Source: Candidatus Altimarinota bacterium
GTDB taxonomy: Bacteria > Patescibacteriota > Gracilibacteria > CAIRYL01
DNA length: 64,000 bases
Reading direction: 5' to 3'
Assembly (NCBI GenBank): GCA_965250085.1
Contig: OZ252287.1
Span: 896,001-960,000, forward strand
The notes under the pieces are model-generated. The model searched no databases. It was not told the DNA's origin and saw only the letters and a list, made by a program, of their open reading frames with translations. Positions 29,012-39,700 of the stretch are shown one piece after another (within the stretch, counting starts at the first letter, position 1; each line of letters opens with the position of its first letter). Position numbers and translations under genes: made by a program.

Positions 29012-29617
29012 TTATACCTGTCCGCTGTGGTGGAAACGTGCGCTAGCGAAAAAAACCTTGAATATAAGATAAATTTTAAGACAAATTTCAAGAAAATTTG
29101 GAACAGAGGCAAAATAATTTTTTTCGATGTTAAATAAGAAAAATAAGTAGGTTTGAGAAAAGAGAATAAGTAAAAGTAGAAATAAGAATACTGTTGTATT
29201 TAAAGATAATTTTATCTTTTCCCTTGATTGAGCTTTTAACAAGAATCCAATAATCAGCCAGCCAAAAGATATAACAATAAAAAGGTAGAGAAAAAAATAC
29301 CCGGCTAGTCCTTCATTTATTTGGAAAGACAAGGTAAAAAAGTAACTTAGTAACGGCAGAGAGAAGAGTAATACGGCCAAGACTATTGTTTTCCAAACTT
29401 CGCTTTTTGTTCTTTGGTAATAGACATAAGATAAAAGACTACTTATCGCCAGTATGACAGAGCACAGTAGTGAAATCCTCACGATGAATAGATTTGAATT
29501 TGTTAAGAATAGAGCAAGAAGAATAAACGATAGCAAAGTACTCCATAGATAAGTTTTTCGTAAAGCTCCCGCAAGGTTTTTCATAAGTTTAAAATAAAAG
29601 TGTTTTAGGAATTTCAT
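29012..29617 (-). CDS. Putative immunity protein D (multi-TM), paralog of 33210-33779
   Basis: NEGLAGYFFLY..ISFGWL aligns with FNGLAGWFFFQ..GSIGWV; follows a hydrolase-tip remnant. Confidence 0.75.
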   Translation of the reverse strand: MKFLKHFYFKLMKNLAGALRKTYLWSTLLSFILLALFLTNSNLFIVRISLLCSVILAISSLLSYVYYQRTKSEVWKTIVLAVLLFSLPLLSYFFTLSFQINEGLAGYFFLYLFIVISFGWLIIGFLLKAQSREKIKLSLNTTVFLFLLLLILFSQTYLFFLFNIEKNYFASVPNFLEICLKIYLIFKVFFASARFHHSGQV

Positions 29618-29739
29618 TCAATAAAATCTTTAATATAACCCCATGCTTAAGAATTTCTTAGCCAACTGTGGATTTCAACGTTTCCGTGTCCTGTATCCCC
29701 AAATCCCAAATTAACAACATTGGCTTCTGGTCTCCATGT
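29614..29739 (-). pseudogene. Remnant of a third hydrolase toxin tip (D)
   Basis: Translates TWRPEANVVNLGFGDTGHGNVEIHSWLRNS*AWGYIKDFIE*, matching IHSWIRSDQAW and FHSWLRTSDAW of tips A and C. Confidence 0.8.
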
Positions 29740-29741
29740 AG

Positions 29742-30053
29742 CTATAGCATCACTTCTTCTATTGTATTGATCAGACCTAAAGAAAAGAGAGCCTTGGTTG
29801 TGAAATAATTAAGAACAAAGTAAAAGATTATAGTAAGAGTAGTTGCAATCAAAATACCCAGGCTCTTTGAGGTAGTCAATTTTTCTGCTAAAAACAGACA
29901 AAACTTACAAATGAGCCATAAATAAGTAAAAAATAGAATAATTATCAAAAATAATTGAATCATTATATATGAATCACCCAGTGGTAATCCAATCTTAAAC
30001 AAAAAATCTGTGATAGCAGTTGCAATATAATTTATAAATGACGGGAAAATCAT
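29742..30053 (-). CDS. Putative immunity protein C (membrane)
   Basis: Hydrophobic AT-rich ORF directly after toxin cassette C. Confidence 0.7.
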   Translation of the reverse strand: MIFPSFINYIATAITDFLFKIGLPLGDSYIMIQLFLIIILFFTYLWLICKFCLFLAEKLTTSKSLGILIATTLTIIFYFVLNYFTTKALFSLGLINTIEEVML

Positions 30054-30082
30054 AATTTCCTATAAAATGATAAAATTAAAAA

Positions 30083-31300
30083 CTAATTATCATCGTTTTT
30101 AGTAGTTTTAGAGCTACCGTCATCATGCAACTCGGGTATACCGTCTTCATTTGTTTCAGCCTTTAAGATACCTAAATTTACAAGCTGATCTTTTATTGAA
30201 TTATTCCAAGCATCAGATGTTCTTAGCCAACTATGAAACTTGTTCGAAGACCAATAAAAGTTTCCACCTCTTGCACGCAAATTAACAGCTTTTTCTAAAG
30301 CGTGTCTAAAACGACCCCTAATAGACATAGGTGGATATGCGACCTTACCAGCAATTTGTACATTATCTGACCTATGATACACATTTATAAAATCAACAAC
30401 GGTTGAGTCTTTATCGGAGAGAAAGTAGTTATCATGAACAGGCGTTCCTAATGTGAGAAGAGTATCCACCTTTCTTCCAAGTCCACTATTTATTGCTTCA
30501 ATGGCAACATTGCCACCATGACTGTGTGCAACTATATTTAGTTGCTCACCTTCGGAAAAATTATAGTTAGAGATAAAACCTTGAAGAGACCTTGCTCCAT
30601 TGGCACGGGCCTCGGTGCTGTTTTTTCCAGACCAGTTGAAAGCCGCAGAAGATTTGTCACCAAGGTCACTAGTTACTCTGTTCATGTAAGAACTGGAAAA
30701 AGAATTTCGACTTTTTCCTGGCAAAACAGTTCCATGAATAAAGATAGTGAGAAGCCCATCAGGATCAATTGCACCCAAGGGATTATTACGGACATAAGTG
30801 TACGAATTTAATTGCTGAGGATCCTTCAGGAAAGTTTCTGGAGAAAGTTTTGCCATCGGGTCAATAGCAGTAAACCTCCCAATCCCAGAATCATAATACC
30901 TCGCTTCATAATAATACAAACCCGTATCCTCATCCTTCTCTTTGCCCGTAAACTTATAGTCATTTTCATAAGAAGAAGACTGTTCATCGAGTCTTACATC
31001 CCCATACGGGTAATAATCCAGTAGCTGAATGATATTCCCTGCATCATCCGTATCCACATTACTGCCCGTCAGATGATCTGCATAATGATAGATGATAGAG
31101 GGAGTGCCGCCCTCTGCCGGAGGTTCCCCTCCTCCTCCATTCCCATGATCCACCGTAATCGCACCGGAACTGTATACCATGACCGGTGCATTGACCCCAT
31201 CGTCAATCACTCCATAGACATACTGATCCCCTTCAGGCAGACCTGAGGTGTCCCAATACAGAGAGCTGTTCATGTCTTTATCAATGCGTATAGAAGGCAT
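30083..31300 (-). CDS. Chimeric orphan RHS cassette C: RAYT N-terminal 15 aa, RHS core, alpha/beta-hydrolase tip
   Basis: MPSIRIDKDMNSSLY fused to WDTSGLPEG...; NPLGAIDPDG; AHSHGG nucleophile elbow; LLTLGTP. Confidence 0.9.
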   Translation of the reverse strand: MPSIRIDKDMNSSLYWDTSGLPEGDQYVYGVIDDGVNAPVMVYSSGAITVDHGNGGGGEPPAEGGTPSIIYHYADHLTGSNVDTDDAGNIIQLLDYYPYGDVRLDEQSSSYENDYKFTGKEKDEDTGLYYYEARYYDSGIGRFTAIDPMAKLSPETFLKDPQQLNSYTYVRNNPLGAIDPDGLLTIFIHGTVLPGKSRNSFSSSYMNRVTSDLGDKSSAAFNWSGKNSTEARANGARSLQGFISNYNFSEGEQLNIVAHSHGGNVAIEAINSGLGRKVDTLLTLGTPVHDNYFLSDKDSTVVDFINVYHRSDNVQIAGKVAYPPMSIRGRFRHALEKAVNLRARGGNFYWSSNKFHSWLRTSDAWNNSIKDQLVNLGILKAETNEDGIPELHDDGSSKTTKNDDN

Positions 31301-31392
31301 AGGTTGTGAACAAAGTAGAGTTAAAAGATTGTGAGTGAAGGATGATGGAACCAGGTGTCATTCGCTTCGCTCAGAACACCTGCTCCCGCGTG
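31256..31392 (-). mobile_element. RAYT left-end stub (REP hairpin, leader, first 15 codons)
   Basis: Matches 27228-27364; CAGGTGT-CATTCGCTTCGCTCAGA-ACACCTGCTCCCGCGTG at 31352-31392. Confidence 0.9.
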
Positions 31393-31395
31393 AAA

Positions 31396-31938
31396 TTAAC
31401 TATCAACTAATAATTCTTTAAAATTCTTACAGGAATCTTTGATATGAGGAACAGTGTGTATTTTTAAGTTAAAAATTATCTCCCATATACGATCGGTATT
31501 TTTCTGTTGATTTTTTTCTTTCTTTATCTCCGTGTTCAAAATTGTCTCGATATCCATATATATTTCTTCAATATCGAGAGACATCTCACCGAGTCTTTCC
31601 TCAGATAATCGTTCTTGAAATTTCTTACTAATTTTTGATCTAAAACTAAAAGTACTAGGATTAGATCCTAAATAAGATTTTCCATCAGAGACATTTAATT
31701 CATCAAGATAGCCAGAAAGCAACCCTGATAACTGTTCTATTTTCTGAAAGTTCTCATAAAGCTCATTCAAGTGACCAAGGTCAAGTTTTTTTAATTTCAG
31801 TAAATTCTTGGTATTGGATAAAGTCAAAATCAGTCTGCCATAATTGCTGTAAAATTCAATTCTCTGATTATCAGAAAAATTACTAAAATTACTAAAAATA
31901 ACTTTTACATCTACATTAGCATCTTTTGGGATATTCAT
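31396..31938 (-). CDS. Putative soluble immunity protein B
   Basis: AT-rich 180-aa ORF directly downstream of basic toxin tip B. Confidence 0.7.
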   Translation of the reverse strand: MNIPKDANVDVKVIFSNFSNFSDNQRIEFYSNYGRLILTLSNTKNLLKLKKLDLGHLNELYENFQKIEQLSGLLSGYLDELNVSDGKSYLGSNPSTFSFRSKISKKFQERLSEERLGEMSLDIEEIYMDIETILNTEIKKEKNQQKNTDRIWEIIFNLKIHTVPHIKDSCKNFKELLVDS

Positions 31939-31965
31939 ATCTAGGATTATTAATATTAAAAAAGT

Positions 31966-32327
31966 CTAATTCTCAAGCTTCTTTTTTAATCTTCTAACAT
32001 TTGTTCTTTTCTTAGCAATTTCTTTCCTGAAGCCTCTTATGTCCTTCTTCCACTTTTTAGCATGGTATTCGTAATCTTGCCGAGTATTCTCTTTCCAGTA
32101 GTTTTTATTTTTTGTAGTGGGATCTTTAATGTACCCTTCATGTTCTTTTCTCCGCTTATTATATGATCTCATTCCCTTTTTTTCACGCCTAATCTGTTCT
32201 TTAATTTTTAATATTTCCTCCTTTCTCATCGCCGAAGGCAAATTGCTCATCCCATGAGCTGTCATGGCAACACCAGTAACAGAAACACCGGCAGAAGTTC
32301 CACATCCTACAGCTCCACCTGCAGTAC
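31966..32327 (-). pseudogene. 5'-truncated RHS-type toxin tip B (very basic)
   Basis: Frame reads TAGGAVGCGTSAGVSVTGVA-MTAHG...RSYNKRRKEHEGYIKDP...KKWKKDI; begins exactly at the RAYT right end. Confidence 0.7.
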
Positions 32328-32867
32328 TTAAGCGGGAGCAGGTGTGCCTTGTGCCACCTGGTCCTGATACTCAAAAGGGTCAGCAATTGCAAGAGGACCA
32401 TGGGGACAAGCAGATGAATGTAGCCAGTACTCTGGCCTAGCCACATATGTTCTTTTTACAGGATTATTTTCTATATATTCTTTTTTTTGCCAAAAATAAT
32501 CCTCAGATTCAATAACCTTGGGCATATTTGTTTTTTCCCAAATACAATACTTTCCATTTTTCATAAAAGCCGATTCTAAAGATGGTTCTGTGGAACGAAT
32601 ATTTTGCATCAATTCATATGCTGTATACTTTTTAAAATCACGGACAAATCCTGCTACATCAGGACATTGTATGATCATGTGAATATGATTGATCATAAAT
32701 ACGTATGCAAAAATTTGCAGGTCTTTATTTTGCTGACAGTATTCAAGTGAATTTGTGAGAAGACCCCAACGATCATAGCGGTCCAAAATATATAGCCAAT
32801 CTTTGATGGTACAGGTTACAAAATACAGAGAGCTGTTCATATCTTTAGAAACACGTATAGAAGGCAT
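32328..32867 (-). CDS. REP-associated tyrosine transposase (RAYT, Y1 HUH family), 179 aa
   Basis: LYFVTCT, AYVFMINHIH (HUH), RDFKKYT, catalytic YIENNPV, W..SSA. Confidence 0.93.
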   Translation of the reverse strand: MPSIRVSKDMNSSLYFVTCTIKDWLYILDRYDRWGLLTNSLEYCQQNKDLQIFAYVFMINHIHMIIQCPDVAGFVRDFKKYTAYELMQNIRSTEPSLESAFMKNGKYCIWEKTNMPKVIESEDYFWQKKEYIENNPVKRTYVARPEYWLHSSACPHGPLAIADPFEYQDQVAQGTPAPA

Positions 32868-32950
32868 AGGTTTTGTGAATAAGGCGGCTAAAGATTGTGA
32901 GTGAAGGATGATGGAAGTCATTCGCCTCGCTCAGAACACCTGCTCCCGCG
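32328..32950 (-). mobile_element. Full-length RAYT element with hairpin ends
   Basis: Right end TTAAGCGGGAGCAGGTGTGCCTTGTGCCACCTGGTCC; left end GTCATTCGCCTCGCTCAGAACACCTGCTCCCGCG; 14-bp terminal inverted repeat. Confidence 0.88.
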
Positions 32951-33228
32951 GAAGATATGATTGATCATAAATACGTATGCAAAAATTTGCAGGTCTTTAT
33001 TTTGCTGACAGTATTCAAGTGAATTTGTGAGAAGACCCCAACGATCATAGCGGTCCAAAATATATAGCCAATCTTTGATGGTACAGGTTACAAAATACAG
33101 AGAGCTGTTCATATCTTTAGAAACACGTATAGAAGGCATAGGTTGTGAACAAAGTAGAGTTAAAAGATTGTGGGTGAAGGATGATAGGAGCAGGTGTCAT
33201 TCGCTTCTCTCAGAACACCTGCCGCGTG
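32951..33228 (-). mobile_element. 5'-partial tandem duplicate of the RAYT element
   Basis: Coding part matches the full copy up to MINHI, then joins the next left end; own left-end hairpin at 33187-33228. Confidence 0.9.
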
Positions 33229-33779
33229 GAGCTTGATTTTATTAAGAGTGGAAAGACCAACAAAAATACTAATAATAAAATCTTGAAGACATGAAATGCA
33301 GAAAATAAAAAATCAGAAGGATCATATAAAAACCAAACATATAAACTATAAAAAACAATGCCAATAAGAGTAGAAAAAAAAATAAAAAAACAAGAAAAAA
33401 ATCCAAGCTTTTTATAAAAATGAAAAGAAATCAAATATGCAAAAACCCAACCTATTGAACCAATTATAACCCCTTGAAAAAAGAACCATCCAGCAAGACC
33501 ATTAAATGTGCGAAAAGTAGAAATGTAATCATGAATCGAATAAACAATGCAAAGAAGTGATAAAGAAACAACTATTTTTAAGAGTGCCGACTCAAAACAA
33601 AAAGAAGAAAAGTAATAATTAGCCAGGCTGAATACAATAAATGATAAAAACACTGGCAATAAAATATGAGTATAGGGAATTGGATAACTCATAAAAATTA
33701 GAAAAACCAAACTGATAACGACTGATGTTACACAGCATCCATAACTTACTTTTTTGACAGCCTTAGGAAAATTATTCAT
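33210..33779 (-). CDS. Putative immunity protein A (multi-TM), cognate of the full-length RHS toxin
   Basis: Directly downstream of RHS; about 6 hydrophobic helices; last residues TRQVF* are read from the REP end. Confidence 0.8.
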   Translation of the reverse strand: MNNFPKAVKKVSYGCCVTSVVISLVFLIFMSYPIPYTHILLPVFLSFIVFSLANYYFSSFCFESALLKIVVSLSLLCIVYSIHDYISTFRTFNGLAGWFFFQGVIIGSIGWVFAYLISFHFYKKLGFFSCFFIFFSTLIGIVFYSLYVWFLYDPSDFLFSAFHVFKILLLVFLLVFPLLIKSSSTRQVF

Positions 33780-33796
33780 ATGACAAAAAGAAAAAC

Positions 33797-36700
33797 TTAT
33801 TCTTTTGAGCCCTCTTCCTGCTTCTTTTTTATAGTTTCTCGATTACGAAGGCTTCGAATCATAGTTCCGATATCACTCCAGGCTTGATCACTTCTTATCC
33901 AACTGTGGATATCTATTTTTTCTTGTGTATAACTCAAAGGCTGATTAAATTCTAAATTAGAAGTTCCACTTGCTCCTCTCCAAGGATGTCGAGGTTTTTC
34001 ATCCGTTCCCTCAGCACCAGCCCATTGAACAATATCTTCTACATGATACACATTATAAACCTCATGAATATTTGTTGTATCTAATTCATAATCTGATCTA
34101 TTTGGAGTTGCCAATAACACTAAAGCATCAACATTTCTGCGAATTCTTTCATTATTAATAGCTTCAATGGCAACATTTCCACCATGACTATGCCCTACTA
34201 TATTTAATTGCTCACCTTCTGCAAATTCGTAATGTTCATTTATATATTTTGCAAGAGCCATAGCAGCTACGGATCGTTCGGACTTATTGTTTCCACCAGA
34301 CCATCGCATATTAATATATTTATTGTCACCCAAGTCAGCGGAGGCTTTTTTCATATAACTTTCTGAGAAAGGATTTGCATCTTTCCTTGGCAAAACAGTT
34401 CCATGAATAAAGATAGTGAGAAGTCCATCAGGATCAATTGCACCTAAAGGATTATTCCGCACATAAGTATAAGAATTAGACTGTTGTGGATCAGTTAAAA
34501 AGGTTTCTGGGATATATCTGGCAATCGGATCCACACTCACAAACCTCCCAATCCCAGAATCATAATACCTCGCCTCATAATAATACAACCCCGTATCTTC
34601 ATCCTTCTCTTTCCCCGTAAACTTATAATCATTTTCATAAGAAGAAGACTGTTCATCCAACCTCACATCTCCATAGGGATAATAGTCGAGGACTTCCAAT
34701 ACATTTCCCATATCATCCGTATCTACATTAGACCCTGTCAGATGATCTGCATGATGGTACACAATCGCAGGAGTGCCGCCCTCTGCCGGAGGTTCCCCTC
34801 CTCCTCCATTCCCATGATCCACCGTAATCGCACCGGAACTGTATACCATGACCGGTGCATTGACCCCATCGTCAATCACTCCATAGACATATTGATCCCC
34901 TTCAGGCAGACCTGAGGTGTCCCATGTATAGCTGTCAGACACATCATCTTCAGAGATCCCCTGCTCGTTGATACTCCTTCCATCAAATCCTTCAGTATCT
35001 GTATCAGAAAAGAAAGAAACAGACGCATCGTCATCGGGATCAGAGTCTGTCCAGGTAATCACAAATGAAGTATCGGCTGTGTCATCCACTCCATCAGGTT
35101 CCACAAGAGTGAGCGTGGGAGGCGTGTTATTCGTCCCTCCTGTATCTCCATGATCTACTGTCACTGGTCCCGCACTGTATACCGTGACCGGAGGATTGAC
35201 CTCATCGTCAATCACTCCATAGACATAGTAGTCTCCACTCAGAAGATCTGTCGTATCCCATGTATAACTATCGGTCGCATCGTCTTCAGAGGTTGCCACC
35301 AGCAGTCTTCCATCAGCACCACTATTATCTGCATCAGAAAAGAAAGAGAGGGAGGCGTCATCATCCGGGTCATCATCTGTCCAGGTAATCCCAAACGACG
35401 TATCGGCTGTGTCATCCGTTCCATCTGGTTCCACAATCGTCAATGAAGGAGCAGTATTCCCCGACCCCCCGCCTTCGTGATATACAAAAACCGAACCCCC
35501 GCTATATGCGATGACGGGTGCATTGACCCCATCGTCAATTATTGCTGAGAGTGGATATTCTCCCTCTGGAATTGCAGAGGTATCCCACAAAAAAGAGTCG
35601 GTCGTATCGTCTTCACTGAGCAGTGGAGACGTAACGGAGACAAATTCAGTTCCATCATGATATCTCACATCGATGGATGCATCGTCATCTGGATCAGAAT
35701 CCGTCCACGTGATGAGAAAACTCTGGTCAGCACCATTATCTTGGTCAAATGCGGGGAAAAGGAAGGTAAATGTGGGCGGAATGTTTCCTTGTGCGTGTGC
35801 GGAAGAAAAAAGCATAGAAGAAAACACGGACGGGATATCGAGATATGAAGAACGCCCATTATTGCCATTTCCGTTCCCGTTGCCATTCCCATTCCCATTC
35901 CCACCGCCCGATGGAGGGGGAGAACCGGGAACAATCTCGGCGTTCGAGAGAGTTGCAACTTTCATACCGCCGGCTGGCAGGGAGACAAAATTCTTCACCT
36001 CGCCATCTTCAATGTCAGAATATTCATTGACATATATTGTCTCTTTTCCACTGGTCGCATTGACCTTTTTCACTCTCGCGCCTCCTTCATCATACTCATA
36101 ATTCACGGTGCTCACTCCATCTGTAGAGCTCAGCATGCGGTCTTTGTAGTCCCAGCTATGGGTCCACGTATCATTGGAAAGAAGATTTCCATTTTTATCA
36201 TATGTGTACGGAACGGTTTGAGATTTCCCTTTCACTTTTGGTGTTATGATTTGAGTAACGGCATGGGGATTCGCTGTCGTCCCAGAACTGGTAGCAGAAC
36301 CTCCTCCTGCATAGGCATAGGTGCCAGCTTCTGAATGGCTCAGCATATTGCCAATGATATCATAGGTAAATTCACGAGTATAATTGTCTCCATTGGCGGC
36401 ATTGGTCACGGTTGCGGAGAGCAGTCTGTCCAGATCGTCATAGGTATAATTCACGGTTTTTGCAGAATTGGTGCTAGACGCATCTACTATTTGGGTAATG
36501 TTTCCCACCGGATCAAAGGTGTAGCTGATGTCTTGTAGTAGGGGCTCAAGATTTTGAGCCTCTACGATAGTGGTTTTATTGGTCAGTCGGTAGATCTGAT
36601 TGATATCATAGGTGTTTACGGTGCTCACGCCATTGGCGGAGTCGATTTGAGAGATACGTCCAATGGGAGAGGAGTCAATATTTGTTATCACCGGTGAAGA

Positions 36701-39700
36701 ACTCAGTCCATCACATCCATTCGTCATGCCAATATCACTGTCAGAAAAACATTGCGAAACAGTTTCTAATTGCCCCGCTCTGCCATATCCATATTCCACC
36801 GCTGTTTTTCCGTCAGGATACGTGATACTCAGCTGGTTCCCCACTAAATCATAGGTGAACGAAGTGGTATAAGTTGTCGCGTTGATATCTTTACTCTCAC
36901 TCAAAACTCGTCCCAAGATATCGTAGGCATAGTCTTTTTCCACGGCTGAGGAAACAATCCGCCTCAGACGTCCGGTGCCATGGGTGCCGAGATCATAGGT
37001 ATAGGTAGCTTGGAGCTGGGAGTCGGGAGCTGGGAGTGTGCGAGAAGACTCTGTCAGCACTCGGTCGAGCTCATCATAGGCATACGTGATTTCCTGATCC
37101 TTTGGATCAATTTGAGAGATGAGATTGCTATTGGCATCATAGTCATAACTCCAGGTGCCAAAGGTGGTATCTCCAGAGGTATGCAGATCCTGCATGGTGA
37201 GACGGCGACCAAGCAGGTCGTAGGTCATACTTCGTTCGTTTCCCTTGGCATCGGTAATCTTCGTGAGATTATTCAATTGATCATAGGTGTAGTTTGTATT
37301 GAAAGTACTGCCATCGAGGTGTTCAGTGACTTGCACCAGATTGCCCCTCGCATCGGATGCAAAATCTTTGGAATGTCCATTGGCATCGGTCACGGTTTGT
37401 GACCATTGGTCGTAGCTGGTAGAAGTGGTGCCGACGGGAGTGGTAATACTCGTGACACGATTGATCGTGTCATACGAGAGCTGGGAGCCAGGAGTTTGGA
37501 GCTGGGAGGAGTCGTAAGAACTTCCGGTCTCAAATGTGGGAAGGGTTTGTTTCTCCACATTTCCCCGATTATCATACTGAGTACTGAGTACTGTGTACTG
37601 ATTACTTCCTTCAGCTTCAGTTCTCGTTTGGATGGTTCTGCCAAAGCCGTCCAGGTACACAATCCCCTCTATCAAAATCTCCCCCAGCCCCTCTTTGCGA
37701 AAGAGGGAGGGTGTATGGGTGTGGGTCGTCGTCGTTACACTATTGGGCACTGAAGAGGTATTGTAGCTATATGTAGCGGCAGTTACTTCGTTCGCAGGTG
37801 ATGCGGGATTGGTGACTCGTGATTCAACCACTCGTCCCAGACTATCTAGCACGGTAATTGATTTCGCTCCATTGGGATCGGTGACTTGTGTGGGTACTCC
37901 GAAAAGGTAATTATATTCATAATTTGTACTGTGTGATTTGGCATTGGTAATTGTCTTGGGATACAGATTTACTGAATCATAGATAATATTAGTGTCGTAT
38001 CCACGGGGATTGGTGATCTTGGTCGGAAGACCGTATCCATTGTATTGAGTTTTCGTAGAAATCCACTGCTGACTGCTGACAACTGACAACTGACTCCTTT
38101 CTGTTCTGTTTCCAATGGAGACCTGCCCCAGCGGGAGATCATCATAATACATTTTGCTTTCTCCAATGACGTTTCCACCATTATCGAGTAACTCCTGTCT
38201 TTTAGGGAGAGAGAGGATATGATCGGTGGTGCTTAGGGCGTATTCAATATTGCTGGTGAGGGTATCGGAGCCGATGTCGGTAAAATTTCCCGCACCATCC
38301 ACAGCATTGACTTCTCCATAGTCAATTTGCTGTGTCATATTTCCGTACGCGTCGTAACTGAATTCTGAAGCGGTAGCTTTGTAATTGACGGAGCTTTGTT
38401 CGGAATAGGTCAGGGCGATGTTTTTTTCTAGGAGTGATTCATAACTATTGGTTCCACGAGGTTTAATATCGTAGAAGTTTTTTACTTCTTGTAATACATC
38501 TCCTACAGGAGTGTATATTTTTTGATTTTTCAGAGATCCTTTGCCGGCAAAATTTTGTGAAGGACTTCCCTGCTCGTATTCGGTCACAACTTTGGAACCA
38601 TCTGGCAGTGTTTTGGTGACGGTTTGAAATCCCAGAAGCTCCTGCTCCTGCACATGATTTCTATACATTTTCCCTCCGGTATATTCGTAGTTTATTTCAC
38701 TGGTATTTCCCAAACCGTCATTTGTAGAGAGTTTAGAAAGTGTCAGGCGGGGAATCGGAAGTTCAATATTAGCGGCACTTCCATCAGCATTGGTATAACT
38801 GGAAGCAGGAGTGTATTCAAAGCTTGCTGACCCTCCGAGAGGACTTGTCACACTGGTAAGGACAGGAAGGTCAAAAATAACGTCTTCTAATTCTGGAGAA
38901 ATATTTCCTTCGTCCATTTCCCGATATCTGTAACGAATATATTTTTCCTGGATACCATCATGGTTGATGTCTGTAAAATCATACACCGCATGAGCATCAG
39001 GATTATTCGGGTTTCCAAATTTCAAATCATTTCTCTGTATAAACGCATCTTCCCAACCGTTCCCATTATTGAGATACACCATACCAAGTGATTGAAAATA
39101 CATATCTGGTAGTCCATCACGATTGATGTCCATGAGTTTCGCATCTGCAAGATATCCATCATACTCGCAAGAATTCTCACCAGGAGTGCTTGAACTGTTG
39201 CAATCTTGCCCACGTTGTTCATACATGCGTGCCGGTAGAATGAGTTCTTCAGTGATATCATCCCATCCTTCTCCAGTGTTTAATAATATTTTCTTGCTCT
39301 CTACAAATGACCCAGGAATAGGATTTTCGTAGTCATAATCATAAAAAGCTTCGTATTGATAATCATGCACCAGGTCATCGAGACCGTCATTATTGATATC
39401 GATAAAAGTGCTTCCTGCTTGATGGTACACATCGTTAGGTATATACCACGCATGATTTGTGTCATCTTCATCAAGCCATCTGTCAGCCCCCTGACCGTTA
39501 TTTTTATAGAATATGTAGTCTTTTGTATTATTTCTTCGCCTTTCTCCATAATTAAACGCATCGAGAAGTGAGTCTTTATTCACATCGAGAAAAAAGTATC
39601 CGTATTTATATTCCGCATTCTCAGAGAGAAGCCACTGAAATGGTTCATTCGGGTCACAGACAAAACGATCACTCTGATTATTTCCATCATCAACACAGTG

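Noticed and set aside
26860-33228. CRISPR array
   Set aside because: Repeat copies are irregularly spaced by hundreds to thousands of bases and tied to RAYT sequence; no cas genes
27380-33230. Classical integron with attC sites
   Set aside because: No tyrosine-recombinase integrase in the window and no consistent RYYYAAC...GTTRRRY boxes; the junction hairpins belong to the RAYT element
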